Source: Methanobacteriota archaeon (GTDB lineage: Archaea > Thermoplasmatota > Thermoplasmata > SG8-5 > JAGLSY01). Taken from it: 64,000 nucleotides of DNA. A program made the translations under genes and the position numbers. The stretch covers positions 288,001 to 352,000 of the forward strand of contig JAEHCQ010000002.1 in the NCBI GenBank assembly GCA_020696385.1, read 5' to 3'. The notes below the pieces were generated by a model. It had not been told where the DNA came from, did not search any database, and was given only the letters and a program-made list of their open reading frames with translations. Shown here piece by piece: positions 31,596 to 40,774 of the stretch. Every line of letters begins with the position of its first letter. Position 1 is the first letter of the stretch.

Positions 31596-31668
31596 ACGGG
31601 TGTGGTGTAGCCTGGTATCACTTTAGCTTGCCAAGCTAAGAACTCGGGTTCAAATCCCGGCACCCGTA
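31596..31668 (+). tRNA. tRNA-Gly (GCC)
   Basis: Cloverleaf: acgggtg/cacccgt acceptor, ttagc-ttGCCaa-gctaa anticodon arm, ggttcaaatcc T-arm. Confidence 0.95.
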
Positions 31669-31711
31669 CTTTATTTTATCAGATAGGGCTATGGATTTCA
31701 GCATCCGTACT

Positions 31712-32176
31712 TCATTTTTCACTTACATCTGAATGGCTTAATCCAGCATGTTCTTTCAGAATGCACCTGTCCATGATGACCTTCAATCCAGCTTCCCTGG
31801 CCTTGTCAGCAGCACGATTATTCACAATCCCCTCCTGCATCCAAATGATCTTGGCTCCTTTCTCTATTGCCTGATCAACTATCTCAGGCACAGCGGCGGA
31901 TTTTCTAAATATGTCCACCACCTCGATATCATCCGGAATATCGAGCAAGGTCTGATAGGATACCTCGCCCAGGATATTATCATGCATTGGGTTGACTGGG
32001 TATATCTTGAAATCATGATCCTGTAAATATTTCGCCACCCTGTTGCTAGCCCTATCTTCCTTCGGAGAAAGACCAATGACCGCGATCTTATTGTAATTCT
32101 GTAGAACATGGATTATGTCTTCGTCTGAAGGCGGTGTCAATGATATCTCACATGCCATCTCATCTTCTTGTGTCAT
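31712..32176 (-). CDS. CoA-binding protein (YccU-like)
   Basis: IAVIGLS....R.S, PVNP, VDIFR, WMQEG, MDRC. Confidence 0.9.
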   Translation of the reverse strand: MTQEDEMACEISLTPPSDEDIIHVLQNYNKIAVIGLSPKEDRASNRVAKYLQDHDFKIYPVNPMHDNILGEVSYQTLLDIPDDIEVVDIFRKSAAVPEIVDQAIEKGAKIIWMQEGIVNNRAADKAREAGLKVIMDRCILKEHAGLSHSDVSEK

Positions 32177-32195
32177 ATTATCAACTCATTGTATA

Positions 32196-32921
32196 TCAGT
32201 AGATATTTCCCCTCATTATGACCTCATCCACATAGGGGCTGGCTTCCAGGACCATGTCATTGAAGGTCGGCCTCTCATAAGGTTCTATAGTCGCGATCTC
32301 TTCCATATACGATCCTGGCCCGACGAATTGCTGGAGAACGTATTTTCTGGCTCCTTCGATGAACTTCGCGATCTTCACCACATCATCCACCTCCACCAGT
32401 GTTGGAACCACGGTAGTTCGGAACTCATAAGGAATATTTGATCCCATGAGGACGGATATGCTCTTTTTCAATTTGTTGATATCAACTGGCACACCCGCAA
32501 CTTCATCATATTTGCCATTCAGCTGCGTTTTGATGTCCATCGCGACATAATCCACAAGCCCCTCGTCAATAAGGGATTGTAGTAGGTCTGGATCCGATCC
32601 ATTCGTATCCAATTTAATTTGGAATCCCATTTCCTTTATGCTACGGAGGTATTTTGGAAGATCCGGGTACAGTGAAGGCTCACCACCAGTCATGCAAATA
32701 CCGTCTATGAAATCCTTGTGTGCTTCCAGATATTTCATTATATCTTCATGTTTCACATCATCAAAATCATCCGGCTTCTCGAAAAGAGGCCAGTTATGGC
32801 AGTAAGGACATCTGAAATTACAATTGGGGACGTATAGGGTTGTTACTATCTTACCATCCCAGTCCAAGAAGGATGTCTCGATCATTTTCTTTATTGTTAC
32901 CGACATATCTAATTTCTCCAT
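32196..32921 (-). CDS. nrdG: Anaerobic ribonucleotide reductase activating protein (radical SAM)
   Basis: CNFRCPYCHN, TGGEP, KLDTNG, AMDIK, EFRTT. Confidence 0.85.
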   Translation of the reverse strand: MEKLDMSVTIKKMIETSFLDWDGKIVTTLYVPNCNFRCPYCHNWPLFEKPDDFDDVKHEDIMKYLEAHKDFIDGICMTGGEPSLYPDLPKYLRSIKEMGFQIKLDTNGSDPDLLQSLIDEGLVDYVAMDIKTQLNGKYDEVAGVPVDINKLKKSISVLMGSNIPYEFRTTVVPTLVEVDDVVKIAKFIEGARKYVLQQFVGPGSYMEEIATIEPYERPTFNDMVLEASPYVDEVIMRGNIY

Positions 32922-33294
32922 TTCGAATCTCTTGATTCTCTCGAGCTTTTGAATTAGCGAATTTGTTTCGCTAATTCAATTTCGAAATTTTGGTTATGCA
33001 AATCTAATTGGCATAACCAACCAATCTCCGATCAGGAATCCCAGATTCCACCCATCAATAATATATCATCTTTCCATTTGTTAAGTATCTTTCGCCAAAA
33101 TCCTTATCTGGGTATGTAATTATAGTTAACTAATAATCCTCTGATTATGCAATCGTGTCATATTTGCCTAATTGTTAAATTAAATCATGAAATAATCGAA
33201 AATATTATAAACCCCATGGCAAAAGGTTTTTATACTCCACCAATCTATTTACATCATCTACGTGGGCTACGTATAATATAACGGAGCGAAAAAA

Positions 33295-33726
33295 ATGGCA
33301 GTTATGACCAAGACAAAAGAGAGCGAATTCGTCACGCTCACGGTGGATGACCTTACGAGTGCTATCCGAAACAGTATCGACAGGAGAGGCATGCCCAATG
33401 AAGAGGCACGTCATATGGCTCAGCATGTCATGAACTTCTTCGGCTACAGCGAAAGGATCATTGATAATATTTTAGAGCCAGAGGATAGAGATGCTTTCTA
33501 CATGCTCGAGGATTCTGGACTTTTGACAACAGAAAGAGAAGAGACCACTCTGTACGATGGAAGAGAGTGGCGTATTCATTACTGGCTCTTCAGGAAGGAT
33601 AAGATCCTGGGCCTTGTCAAGAATGCGGAAGAAAAGGCTTACGTGCCGGAAGAGGATCTATCTTCTGTTTACGATGATGTTCCAGATAATATCTGGGAGC
33701 TCACAGAAGAGGATGAAGAAGAGTGA
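33295..33726 (+). CDS. Conserved Thermoplasmata hypothetical protein (DUF6015-like)
   Basis: NFFGY..RIIDN.LEPEDRD.FY.LED.GLL...REE..LYDGREWRIHYW. Confidence 0.75.
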   Translation: MAVMTKTKESEFVTLTVDDLTSAIRNSIDRRGMPNEEARHMAQHVMNFFGYSERIIDNILEPEDRDAFYMLEDSGLLTTEREETTLYDGREWRIHYWLFRKDKILGLVKNAEEKAYVPEEDLSSVYDDVPDNIWELTEEDEEE

Positions 33727-33922
33727 TTTATTAATTCACGGATCATGGCTTATGAAAATGTGATAATACAGCTTGAGCGCTATCAAGGGTTCTGTATTTA
33801 TGATAATAAATCACACGTTCATTCCATAATGTGAATTACCAGGCCTTTGGCCTGAAAGATCTAACTAATACTTTCACCCACCCCGAACTTTCACTTATAT
33901 ATCACAAACTCATGATGAGGAT

Positions 33923-34090
33923 TGTCACTGGAATTCCGTTGCCGGTGGCAGAACAAACAAACGGAGGTTGAAAAAAGAGTCAAATTCCGCCCAGGGTCGT
34001 GTGCTTCGGGCAAAGTGTCGGGGAAATCTCGATCAAAAGGAGTAATACTTTTACATCAGCCCTCCCCCAAACGGCGAACACAAAGGAGGT
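33923..34090 (+). ncRNA. Candidate structured leader RNA with H-type pseudoknot
   Basis: TATA-like ttatatat at 33895; P1 tgtcactgg/ccggtggca; loop ttccgtt pairs with aacggag after an A-rich linker. Confidence 0.4.
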
Positions 34091-34098
34091 GAAAATAA

Positions 34099-34311
34099 AT
34101 GGCCGAATCAAAACTGATCGGATATGTTCGGAAGAGCAAAGGCGGCTGTGCTTTAAAACTAAGCATAGATGCCAAGGCATTCTCCGAGGCTGAGAGATTC
34201 TCCACCAGGGATGGTAGAGAATACGTCCAGCTAATATCCAATATACCGAAGATCGAAGAGATAATATCGGGTGACCGTGAGGTTACTAGCATCTGCCAGC
34301 TTGTAGAGTAG
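34099..34311 (+). CDS. Small conserved hypothetical protein
   Basis: Strong SD aaggaggtga; 70 aa LIGYVRKSKGG.ALKLSI...DGREYV.L. Confidence 0.8.
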   Translation: MAESKLIGYVRKSKGGCALKLSIDAKAFSEAERFSTRDGREYVQLISNIPKIEEIISGDREVTSICQLVE

Positions 34312-34553
34312 CTGGCCGCATGGACATGATATCATTGTCAAATGATCGTCGAATATGGCGATCGAAATACGATTGACGTATCTTGATTGTCAAAATGTGA
34401 TCGCCCCAACTCGATCATACATTTATTGACCGATCGGAGGAAAATTAAGCCTTTTATATTTCGGGTTAAGCCTCCTTCGATCCATTTTTTATTATATTTT
34501 CCGATCAAACCATTCCAATATCATTTTATTGGAATTCCCTATTACATCTCACT

Positions 34554-35279
34554 ATGATGATCATTCCAGCAATAACCGTATTGGAAGGTAGATTGGTCGA
34601 GGTCAAGGATGATTCGTATTACCTGCTCAGAGATGAAAATAATGATATCATCCCACCACAGGATCTTATACTGGCTCTGAAAAAGGAATATGGGATCGTT
34701 TATGTCATGGACATAGACGGCATGGAGAAGAATGAGCCCAATCTGAAGGTTATTCAGAGCACTTCACCTTTGATGCCCATGTGGCTGGATGCTGGTCCCG
34801 GGGATGGGATGGTGATAATGGATATAATGATCGCAGGCGTCAGCAAAACGATAATAGGAACAAGGAACATGAGAGATATGGACCTGATAAAAGAGGCACT
34901 GGATATGTCCGATAATGTTATTCTTTCAATCGATTATGATGAAAAACTATTATCGCCAAGCCAGAACATCTCCGATCTGGGTATGGATCAATTATACAGC
35001 GAGGCAGTGGAGCTTGGCATCAAGTCAGGTATATTCTTTGATTTTGGAAGGCTGAAAACCTCCTCATCTTTGGCTATGGACAATATAAAATCAATGTTAC
35101 TGAGATTCGAAGAGGTCTATGTTGCTGGTATCATCTCTCCCTCAGATATAGATGATCTTGAAGAACTGGGAGTTGCTGGGATAATAGCGGATTTCAAATC
35201 TCTGAGAGATTGGGGGATTACAGGGGAGCCAGCTGATGAATCTGAAGAACTGGATGATGAAGATGAGTGGGATGATTAA
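34554..35279 (+). CDS. HisA/HisF-related TIM-barrel protein
   Basis: IIPAI...GR.V, YVMDIDG, WLDAG, IIGT, LSID. Confidence 0.75.
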   Translation: MMIIPAITVLEGRLVEVKDDSYYLLRDENNDIIPPQDLILALKKEYGIVYVMDIDGMEKNEPNLKVIQSTSPLMPMWLDAGPGDGMVIMDIMIAGVSKTIIGTRNMRDMDLIKEALDMSDNVILSIDYDEKLLSPSQNISDLGMDQLYSEAVELGIKSGIFFDFGRLKTSSSLAMDNIKSMLLRFEEVYVAGIISPSDIDDLEELGVAGIIADFKSLRDWGITGEPADESEELDDEDEWDD

Positions 35280-35753
35280 ATGAACGATATCGAGCTTTCC
35301 ATCGCGCTTCTTTATAAGAAGAAAGGGACTTCCAAATTAAGCGAAAAGGACTTTGTTTTCGCTGCTTCCATGGACTATCGCTGGCTCACTCCAAAAGGCG
35401 CTCAAAAACTTTTGGATATCGGGCTAGAATCCGACCTACTGGAATCCGATGATGGGATGATATCACCCACCTTTGATCATAAATCCAGGAAGATCCCGGA
35501 TGACTTCAAACCCACCCTGGATATGATAAAGGCCAAAGCAGTTCCGAAAGGAATCCTTTTCCAGATCGTGGACAAGATATCGAAAGAAAAGGATAAGTCC
35601 AGGCAGGATGTGATATCTCTGATCAATAATAAACAGGAAGATATGGGCGTGGACATCGAAGTGGCCGCTCTTATCGTGGCCAATAGCATGGAGATCGACA
35701 TATCGGATCTTCTAATCGATGTCGATAAAGAGATAATAGCCAGATATTCCTGA
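35280..35753 (+). CDS. DUF2240 family protein
   Basis: KKG...LSEKDFVF..SMD.RW.TP..A...L, P.FD, EVAAL. Confidence 0.8.
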   Translation: MNDIELSIALLYKKKGTSKLSEKDFVFAASMDYRWLTPKGAQKLLDIGLESDLLESDDGMISPTFDHKSRKIPDDFKPTLDMIKAKAVPKGILFQIVDKISKEKDKSRQDVISLINNKQEDMGVDIEVAALIVANSMEIDISDLLIDVDKEIIARYS

Positions 35754-35762
35754 GTTTCGCGC

Positions 35763-36524
35763 TTACCCGATATATCTGAGGTCTTCTTTGCTGGGTTCTG
35801 GCATCTCATCCATTTCTTTCAGCTTGGCCGTTACCGCTTCCATTTCATCTGATTTTTTGACAAGTCCATCTACATTGATATCGCGATCTAAGATCTTGGC
35901 CAGTATCTTGACTATGAACATCGCGCTGTTTGGATCGACAAAGAATCCTGATGTTTCACCCATCAGGCAAACTCCCTCCACTCCTTTCAATGCACCAAGA
36001 CCCAGTAATAGTCCAGAAGCTCCGACGATTCCATTTCCTGGCTCGTCCTTGGAGAACACTACTCCGTGTTTCTTCATCTCCTCCACCATATCTGTACTGG
36101 TGGCGGCTCCGAGTATCCGGGGTTCCTTAACAACACGGCCAATACCCCATCCACCAAGTGTGATCACACGTTTGCCACCAAATCCCACCAGCATGTCCAG
36201 CATGACACTGGATAGTTCATACTGTCCTTCTGGTGTGAGTCCTTGATAATCCCCAACAAGGAATATCATATCATTTTTTGAATCGCCTTCAGCCTTTGAA
36301 TAGTATAGTTTATTTGATACCAATCTCGCAACACCCTCATCGTCAATGAGCACCTGCGGGGGAAAGAATTTGGAATAGATAGAGGCAAATTCAACTGCCT
36401 CAAGTGTTTCGATGATATGTTCTGCTGCCAGCTTCCCAACATTGCCAACACCGGGCAATCCCTCTACCAATATGGGTTCTTTCAAATCTGGCTTTTCCTT
36501 ATACTCTATTATTATGTTCTCCAT
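35763..36524 (-). CDS. Proteasome assembly chaperone (PAC2) family protein
   Basis: EGLPGVGNVGKLA, FPPQV, TLGG, GIVGASGLL, CLMGET, ends YIG; conserved position after nop10. Confidence 0.92.
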   Translation of the reverse strand: MENIIIEYKEKPDLKEPILVEGLPGVGNVGKLAAEHIIETLEAVEFASIYSKFFPPQVLIDDEGVARLVSNKLYYSKAEGDSKNDMIFLVGDYQGLTPEGQYELSSVMLDMLVGFGGKRVITLGGWGIGRVVKEPRILGAATSTDMVEEMKKHGVVFSKDEPGNGIVGASGLLLGLGALKGVEGVCLMGETSGFFVDPNSAMFIVKILAKILDRDINVDGLVKKSDEMEAVTAKLKEMDEMPEPSKEDLRYIG

Positions 36525-36555
36525 GATATCGCCTCCTGAATCTCTAAGTGAAATA

Positions 36556-36741
36556 TCAGGACCTCTCTTCCTCTGCAGCTGCCTGGTCCATGGCCTTCAG
36601 CTGTCTTCTATATTTACCATATCTGTCCTCTGGTGAGAACCTTGGTGGGTGTGGCGTGGCTGTTTTATTCTTGCATTTCCCACATACTTCCTTAAGGGAA
36701 TATTCAAGGCATGTATTACATAAAAGGATATTGGCCTTCAT
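36556..36741 (-). CDS. nop10: H/ACA RNP protein Nop10
   Basis: C..C..YSL...C..C, PPRFSPEDRYGKYRR. Confidence 0.95.
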   Translation of the reverse strand: MKANILLCNTCLEYSLKEVCGKCKNKTATPHPPRFSPEDRYGKYRRQLKAMDQAAAEEERS

Positions 36742-37517
36742 TATTTTTCCCTTCTATTGAATTTGGCAGTGCCGCCAGTCTTTTCTATGGACTCGGAAGC
36801 CCTGTCAACAGCCAATTTCATCTCTTCTTCTGCTGTTTTATAATCATTAGCTTTTACAACCAATCTGTATTTTGGAGCTCCAACATACTGGACCTCTACC
36901 TTGACATCATCGGATTTCTCCGCTTCGGTCAATGCCGTCCTGATATGTTCGATACCATCCGGGGCATTGGATGTCAATTCCAGAAATCCATCAATGGATA
37001 TTGTCGCAGGAGTGACATTGTCTATGGCGATCTCCTTGAAACCTTCTACCCATTTTCCCTTGAACAATTTCTTGTCCAGCTTATCATTGGAGGCTGCTTC
37101 CTCGAAAGCAATGTACAGAGATCCATAATATTCTATAAGGTCATTGGCGAATGTCTCGTGGCACCATTCCACGTTCTCTCCGATCTTTTCACCCAGGATC
37201 TCAAGGAGCTTCTCCGCCCTCTGCTCATTTTTCCAATCCTGAATGGTCTCTCTTTTCTGGTGCTCGTTCACTTTCTTCAGTGAGATATCAATGTGACCCT
37301 TGGAGGGATTCACTTCAAGAACTCGGCAAACGACCCTCTGCCCTTCTCGGACGAAGTCGCTCATCCTTTTCACCCAGCCAGTGGCAATCTCCGTAATGTG
37401 TATGAATCCTTCTTTCTGATCATACTCTTCGAGACTGACGAATGCGCCAAAATTACGCACACTCTTGACTGTACAAACTACTAGATCACCGGGTTCTGGA
37501 TACTCACGGTTAGCCAT
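36741..37517 (-). CDS. eif2a: Translation initiation factor 2 alpha subunit
   Basis: ATG 37517; YPEPGDLVVCTV S1 domain, GHIDISLKKV, GAPKYR. Confidence 0.95.
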   Translation of the reverse strand: MANREYPEPGDLVVCTVKSVRNFGAFVSLEEYDQKEGFIHITEIATGWVKRMSDFVREGQRVVCRVLEVNPSKGHIDISLKKVNEHQKRETIQDWKNEQRAEKLLEILGEKIGENVEWCHETFANDLIEYYGSLYIAFEEAASNDKLDKKLFKGKWVEGFKEIAIDNVTPATISIDGFLELTSNAPDGIEHIRTALTEAEKSDDVKVEVQYVGAPKYRLVVKANDYKTAEEEMKLAVDRASESIEKTGGTAKFNRREK

Positions 37518-37708
37518 TATTCTACAACTCCGACAACTTCCCCTTTGATATCTGCTTTTCCACCAGTGGGGGTTGCTAGGGTTGAGCCACATGCCAAACA
37601 ATTGACCTTTGTGGCTGGTTTAAGAAAAATAATTTGCTTATTGCTGCAGTCTTTGCATTCTACTTCTATGAACCGCGCATTTTCTGGAATTTTTTCAGAC
37701 AAGATCAT
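37517..37708 (-). CDS. rps27e: 30S ribosomal protein S27e
   Basis: FIEVECKDCSNKQIIF...CLACG..LATPTGGKA. Confidence 0.95.
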   Translation of the reverse strand: MILSEKIPENARFIEVECKDCSNKQIIFLKPATKVNCLACGSTLATPTGGKADIKGEVVGVVE

Positions 37709-37992
37709 TCCTCCACGAATTCGAATTTCTTCGCCCTGATGGATGGTGGTTGCACATATTTCTTGCAAGTGACACATTTGTATCTCAACCATACACGCCT
37801 TGTTGGTTTTTCTCTACCATCTGGCTTAGGTCTTGGGAAACCTCCGTAACCAGCAGTAACGCGTCTGAACTGTCTCTGACCGCGCTTCAGCTCTCCCGGT
37901 GGTCGCTTCTTGACTTTCTCCACATCGTGGACTGTATGTTTCTTGCACTTGGGGCAATATGTGTTAATCTTTCTTGGTCTCTTCATAGCCAT
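37705..37992 (-). CDS. rpl44e: 50S ribosomal protein L44e
   Basis: TYCPKCKKHT.H, GYGGFPRP, KPTRRV.LRYKC..C. Confidence 0.95.
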   Translation of the reverse strand: MAMKRPRKINTYCPKCKKHTVHDVEKVKKRPPGELKRGQRQFRRVTAGYGGFPRPKPDGREKPTRRVWLRYKCVTCKKYVQPPSIRAKKFEFVEE

Positions 37993-38174
37993 CAACTTGC
38001 TCTATATTTAAACAGGTGTTTATACAGGGTTGGAAGGGGGACTAAATATGAACCTATATAATAGTGTTTCCTATAAATATGGTATAATGTGGGTATTAAA
38101 AAGGGTTTTATACAATATCATAATACCATAGGCTACCCAATCTGGCCTCATTGGTCAGGAAGGACAATAAACGC

Positions 38175-38269
38175 AATCCGGACTTAGCTTAGACTGGCTG
38201 AATGATTTTTCCCTGTGGGAAAACTCATTCTCGCACAATTCCTACGGAATCATGCGAGGAGCGGCTGAC
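38175..38269 (+). pseudogene. Duplicated 5' fragment of tRNA-Tyr interrupted by a 59-nt double hairpin
   Basis: aatccggacttagcttagactggct (38175-38199) and gagcggctgac (38259-38269) are identical to the start of the intact tRNA. Confidence 0.8.
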
Positions 38270-38298
38270 CGAACAAAGGATTGCTCATTCGCCATAAT

Positions 38299-38417
38299 CC
38301 GGACTTAGCTTAGACTGGCTAGAGCGGCTGACTGTAGTTAAGTACCCCAGATCCTAATCTTTGGATCTGGTATCAGCCGATATCAGCAGATCCCCGGTTC
38401 AAATCCGGGAGTCCGGA
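38299..38417 (+). tRNA. tRNA-Tyr (GTA) with canonical 37/38 intron (38338-38381)
   Basis: ccggact/agtccgg acceptor (C1-G72, A73), gctga-ctGTAg[intron]a-tcagc, ggttcaaatcc. Confidence 0.95.
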
Positions 38418-38601
38418 CTCTCTTTATTTTCTTATTATACGGACTCCCGATGAGCAAGTCATCACGCCAGTGTTGACTTGGCTCCGGAGTCCGGACTCCA
38501 TATATCCCAGTGATGTAACACCTGCTCATTCTTCGCCATGCTCCTGCCTTATAGGTCTCATGCCCCCAACCATTTTATCTTGTCTTTCCATTCCACTTTC
38601 A

Positions 38602-39447
38602 ATGGCAGAATATCCCATCCTTGACAATCACATGCATCTACAGCAGGATGGGCTTTGTGAAAAGGCTGCCATGGATTTTGAAAAGACTGGGGGAACCCAC
38701 ATCATTCTTTCCCACATGCCATATCACACGGTCAATATCACCAAAGGTAAGGATTTTCAGAAGGAATATGACATCACCCTGAATACTGCCAACAGGGTGA
38801 GGGAGATGACCAATGTCAAGGTGTTCGCCACGCTCGGTCCTTACCCCGTGCGCCTCATAAGATTAGAGGAAAAGCATGGTCTTGAAGCTGCCGTGGACAT
38901 CATGAAGAAGGGCATGGAGCTGGCTGCCAGGGCGGTTGAGGAAAAGCAAGCAGTCGCTATAGGGGAGATCGGGCGTCCGCATTTTCCTGTACCTGCTGAG
39001 ATCTGGGAAGCATCGAATGAGATAATGCTGTATGGGATGGAGCTGGCCAAGGATGTCGATTGTCCGATCGTGCTGCATACGGAGAGTGCGGGTATCGAGG
39101 TCTGGGAGGAGCTGGCCTTGATGGCGGATAAAGCTGGAATTCGCCGCGAGATGGTGATCAAGCATTATTCACCACCCATTGTCAAGGAGGAGGAGAACCA
39201 TGGGCTATTCCCGTCAGTACTGGCAAGTCGCAAGTCCATCAAAGAAGCACTATCACACAATACCAGGTTCATGATGGAGACTGATTATATAGATGATCTT
39301 CGAAGACCAGGGGCCGTGATGGCTCCTACGACAGTGCCCAAGAGGACGAAGGCACTGATAGCGAATGGCGATATGAGCATCGACGATGCTCTAGCTATTC
39401 ATCGATACTGGCCAGAGAAATTGTATGGTATTGAGATCGAATTTTGA
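38602..39447 (+). CDS. TatD-related metal-dependent hydrolase
   Basis: ATG 38602; DNHMHL, GEIGRPH, LHTE, KHY, METDY.DD. Confidence 0.9.
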   Translation: MAEYPILDNHMHLQQDGLCEKAAMDFEKTGGTHIILSHMPYHTVNITKGKDFQKEYDITLNTANRVREMTNVKVFATLGPYPVRLIRLEEKHGLEAAVDIMKKGMELAARAVEEKQAVAIGEIGRPHFPVPAEIWEASNEIMLYGMELAKDVDCPIVLHTESAGIEVWEELALMADKAGIRREMVIKHYSPPIVKEEENHGLFPSVLASRKSIKEALSHNTRFMMETDYIDDLRRPGAVMAPTTVPKRTKALIANGDMSIDDALAIHRYWPEKLYGIEIEF

Positions 39448-39512
39448 TAGAGAATAATACTTTCATCCCCCTCCTGTGGCATCATTTATATGTGCGGATC
39501 ATAATGGAGTAA

Positions 39513-39971
39513 ATGGTGGTAAGAATGGATGATATCAAGATAATAGAAATGGAAGAGATGCGTGTGGCTAGTTTTCATGTAATGGGAGAGTCTCCCGAGA
39601 TAAAGGTAATAAAAAAGATGCAGGAATGGGCCAGGCCAAAGAATCTGATAAGTGATGGGAAATACCCTGTTTTTGGCTTTGACAATCCTCATCCAGAGCC
39701 AGGGATGAAAGAATACGGTTACGAGTTATGGCTTGTTCTGGACGAAGGAGTTGAAGCAGAAAACGTGGAGGTCAAGCAGATCCCAGCCACGAGATACGCC
39801 ATGTTACATTCAGAAGGCTTTGATAATATAGGATCCAACTGGCGCAAGCTTGTCGCCTGGGTGAAGAACAGTGAATATGAACCTGCTTGCGGCCAGTGTC
39901 TGGAAGGGCATATTCTTGGATCATCGGAAATTGGTGATTTCGCACTGAACTTGTATATGCCGATTGAATGA
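39513..39971 (+). CDS. GyrI-like small-molecule-binding (AraC effector) protein
   Basis: FGFDNP, GYELW, IPATRYA, W..L..W, CLE, LYMPI. Confidence 0.82.
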   Translation: MVVRMDDIKIIEMEEMRVASFHVMGESPEIKVIKKMQEWARPKNLISDGKYPVFGFDNPHPEPGMKEYGYELWLVLDEGVEAENVEVKQIPATRYAMLHSEGFDNIGSNWRKLVAWVKNSEYEPACGQCLEGHILGSSEIGDFALNLYMPIE

Positions 39972-40002
39972 AATTATGATTTAAAAATCTTAAATAAGGG
40001 GT

Positions 40003-40338
40003 ATCTGGACGGCGGCAAAACCGTCCAGACTGAGGAGAGGAGGTAATCCTTAATAAACTCTCCAAACAAAGGGTTTGGGGACGGTTTGAAACCGTCCCCA
40101 AGGTTGAGGAGAGGGCTGATATTGAGACCCCCTTTGGGCAAAGGGGATCTGGGACGGTATAAAACCGCCCCAAGTTGAGGAGAGGAGTAATCCTGATATT
40201 TCTGTGATCGATGACCTCTTTTGAGGATATGGACGGTTTTTTCGCCGTCCAGATGAGGAGAGGAGGTAATCTTCAATGACTCTCCAAATAATGGATCTGG
40301 ACGGCGGTAAAACCGTCCAGATGAGGAGAGGGCTGATA
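40003..40338. repeat. Array of five hairpin-plus-TGAGGAGAGG units (REP-like)
   Basis: GGACGG-loop-CCG(T/C)CC hairpin followed by invariant tgaggagagg at 40031, 40105, 40176, 40254, 40322. Confidence 0.9.
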
Positions 40339-40346
40339 GTGATTGG

Positions 40347-40489
40347 TCCAAGTTTGACATTTTGCATGTCAAACTTGGAACATATATTGAGATCAAATGC
40401 GGGCAGCTAGGCATCCCAACCAGCTGCCCACATCTGAAAGGTCTGATCTAAATTTGATATTGTCGTACATGCGACAATATCAAATTTAG
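40347..40489. repeat. Long perfect inverted repeats
   Basis: 14-bp arms at 40347-40379, 8-bp arms at 40401-40429, 18-bp arms at 40448-40489. Confidence 0.85.
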
Positions 40490-40492
40490 CAT

Positions 40493-40774
40493 CTAAGCGT
40501 ATGAGTACTCGACCTCTTCGACATACGACAGTATGTCATATTCAGCAGTGAGGAAACTGTCCTCAACGCCCATGTGATTGCCTATCATGACATCATCGAA
40601 ATAATGGATCAAACCTACCATTTCAGATATGTTCTCACCACGGTTGTAGAACTCGAATACAATGTCTCTCATATCTTGGACATTGTGTGTCCTTAACCAG
40701 TTCTCTGTTCCTTCGTCTATGTTCCTTAAGGCGCGTGCCTTGCCTTTTGTTGCGTTTTGTATATTCATATGCAT
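40493..40774 (-). CDS. Hypothetical protein
   Basis: 93-aa ORF with purine-rich upstream sequence; no recognised motif. Confidence 0.5.
   Translation of the reverse strand: MHMNIQNATKGKARALRNIDEGTENWLRTHNVQDMRDIVFEFYNRGENISEMVGLIHYFDDVMIGNHMGVEDSFLTAEYDILSYVEEVEYSYA

Noticed and set aside
33911-33920. C/D box sRNA (ATGATGA)
   Set aside because: No suitably placed CTGA D box follows, and the motif lies upstream of the predicted transcription start.
38175-38290. Split tRNA half or second tRNA with a D-loop intron
   Set aside because: The copy stops before the anticodon, has no matching 3' half, and I see no convincing BHB motif; the intact tRNA-Tyr is adjacent.
40003-40338. Canonical CRISPR array
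   Set aside because: Repeats are degenerate with variable loops, spacers 1 and 4 are related to each other, and no cas gene is in the window.
39772-40414. Minus-strand ORFs 39772-40173, 39974-40414 and 40050-40367 as proteins
   Set aside because: Overlapping frames across the repeat array; conservation follows base pairing, not codons.
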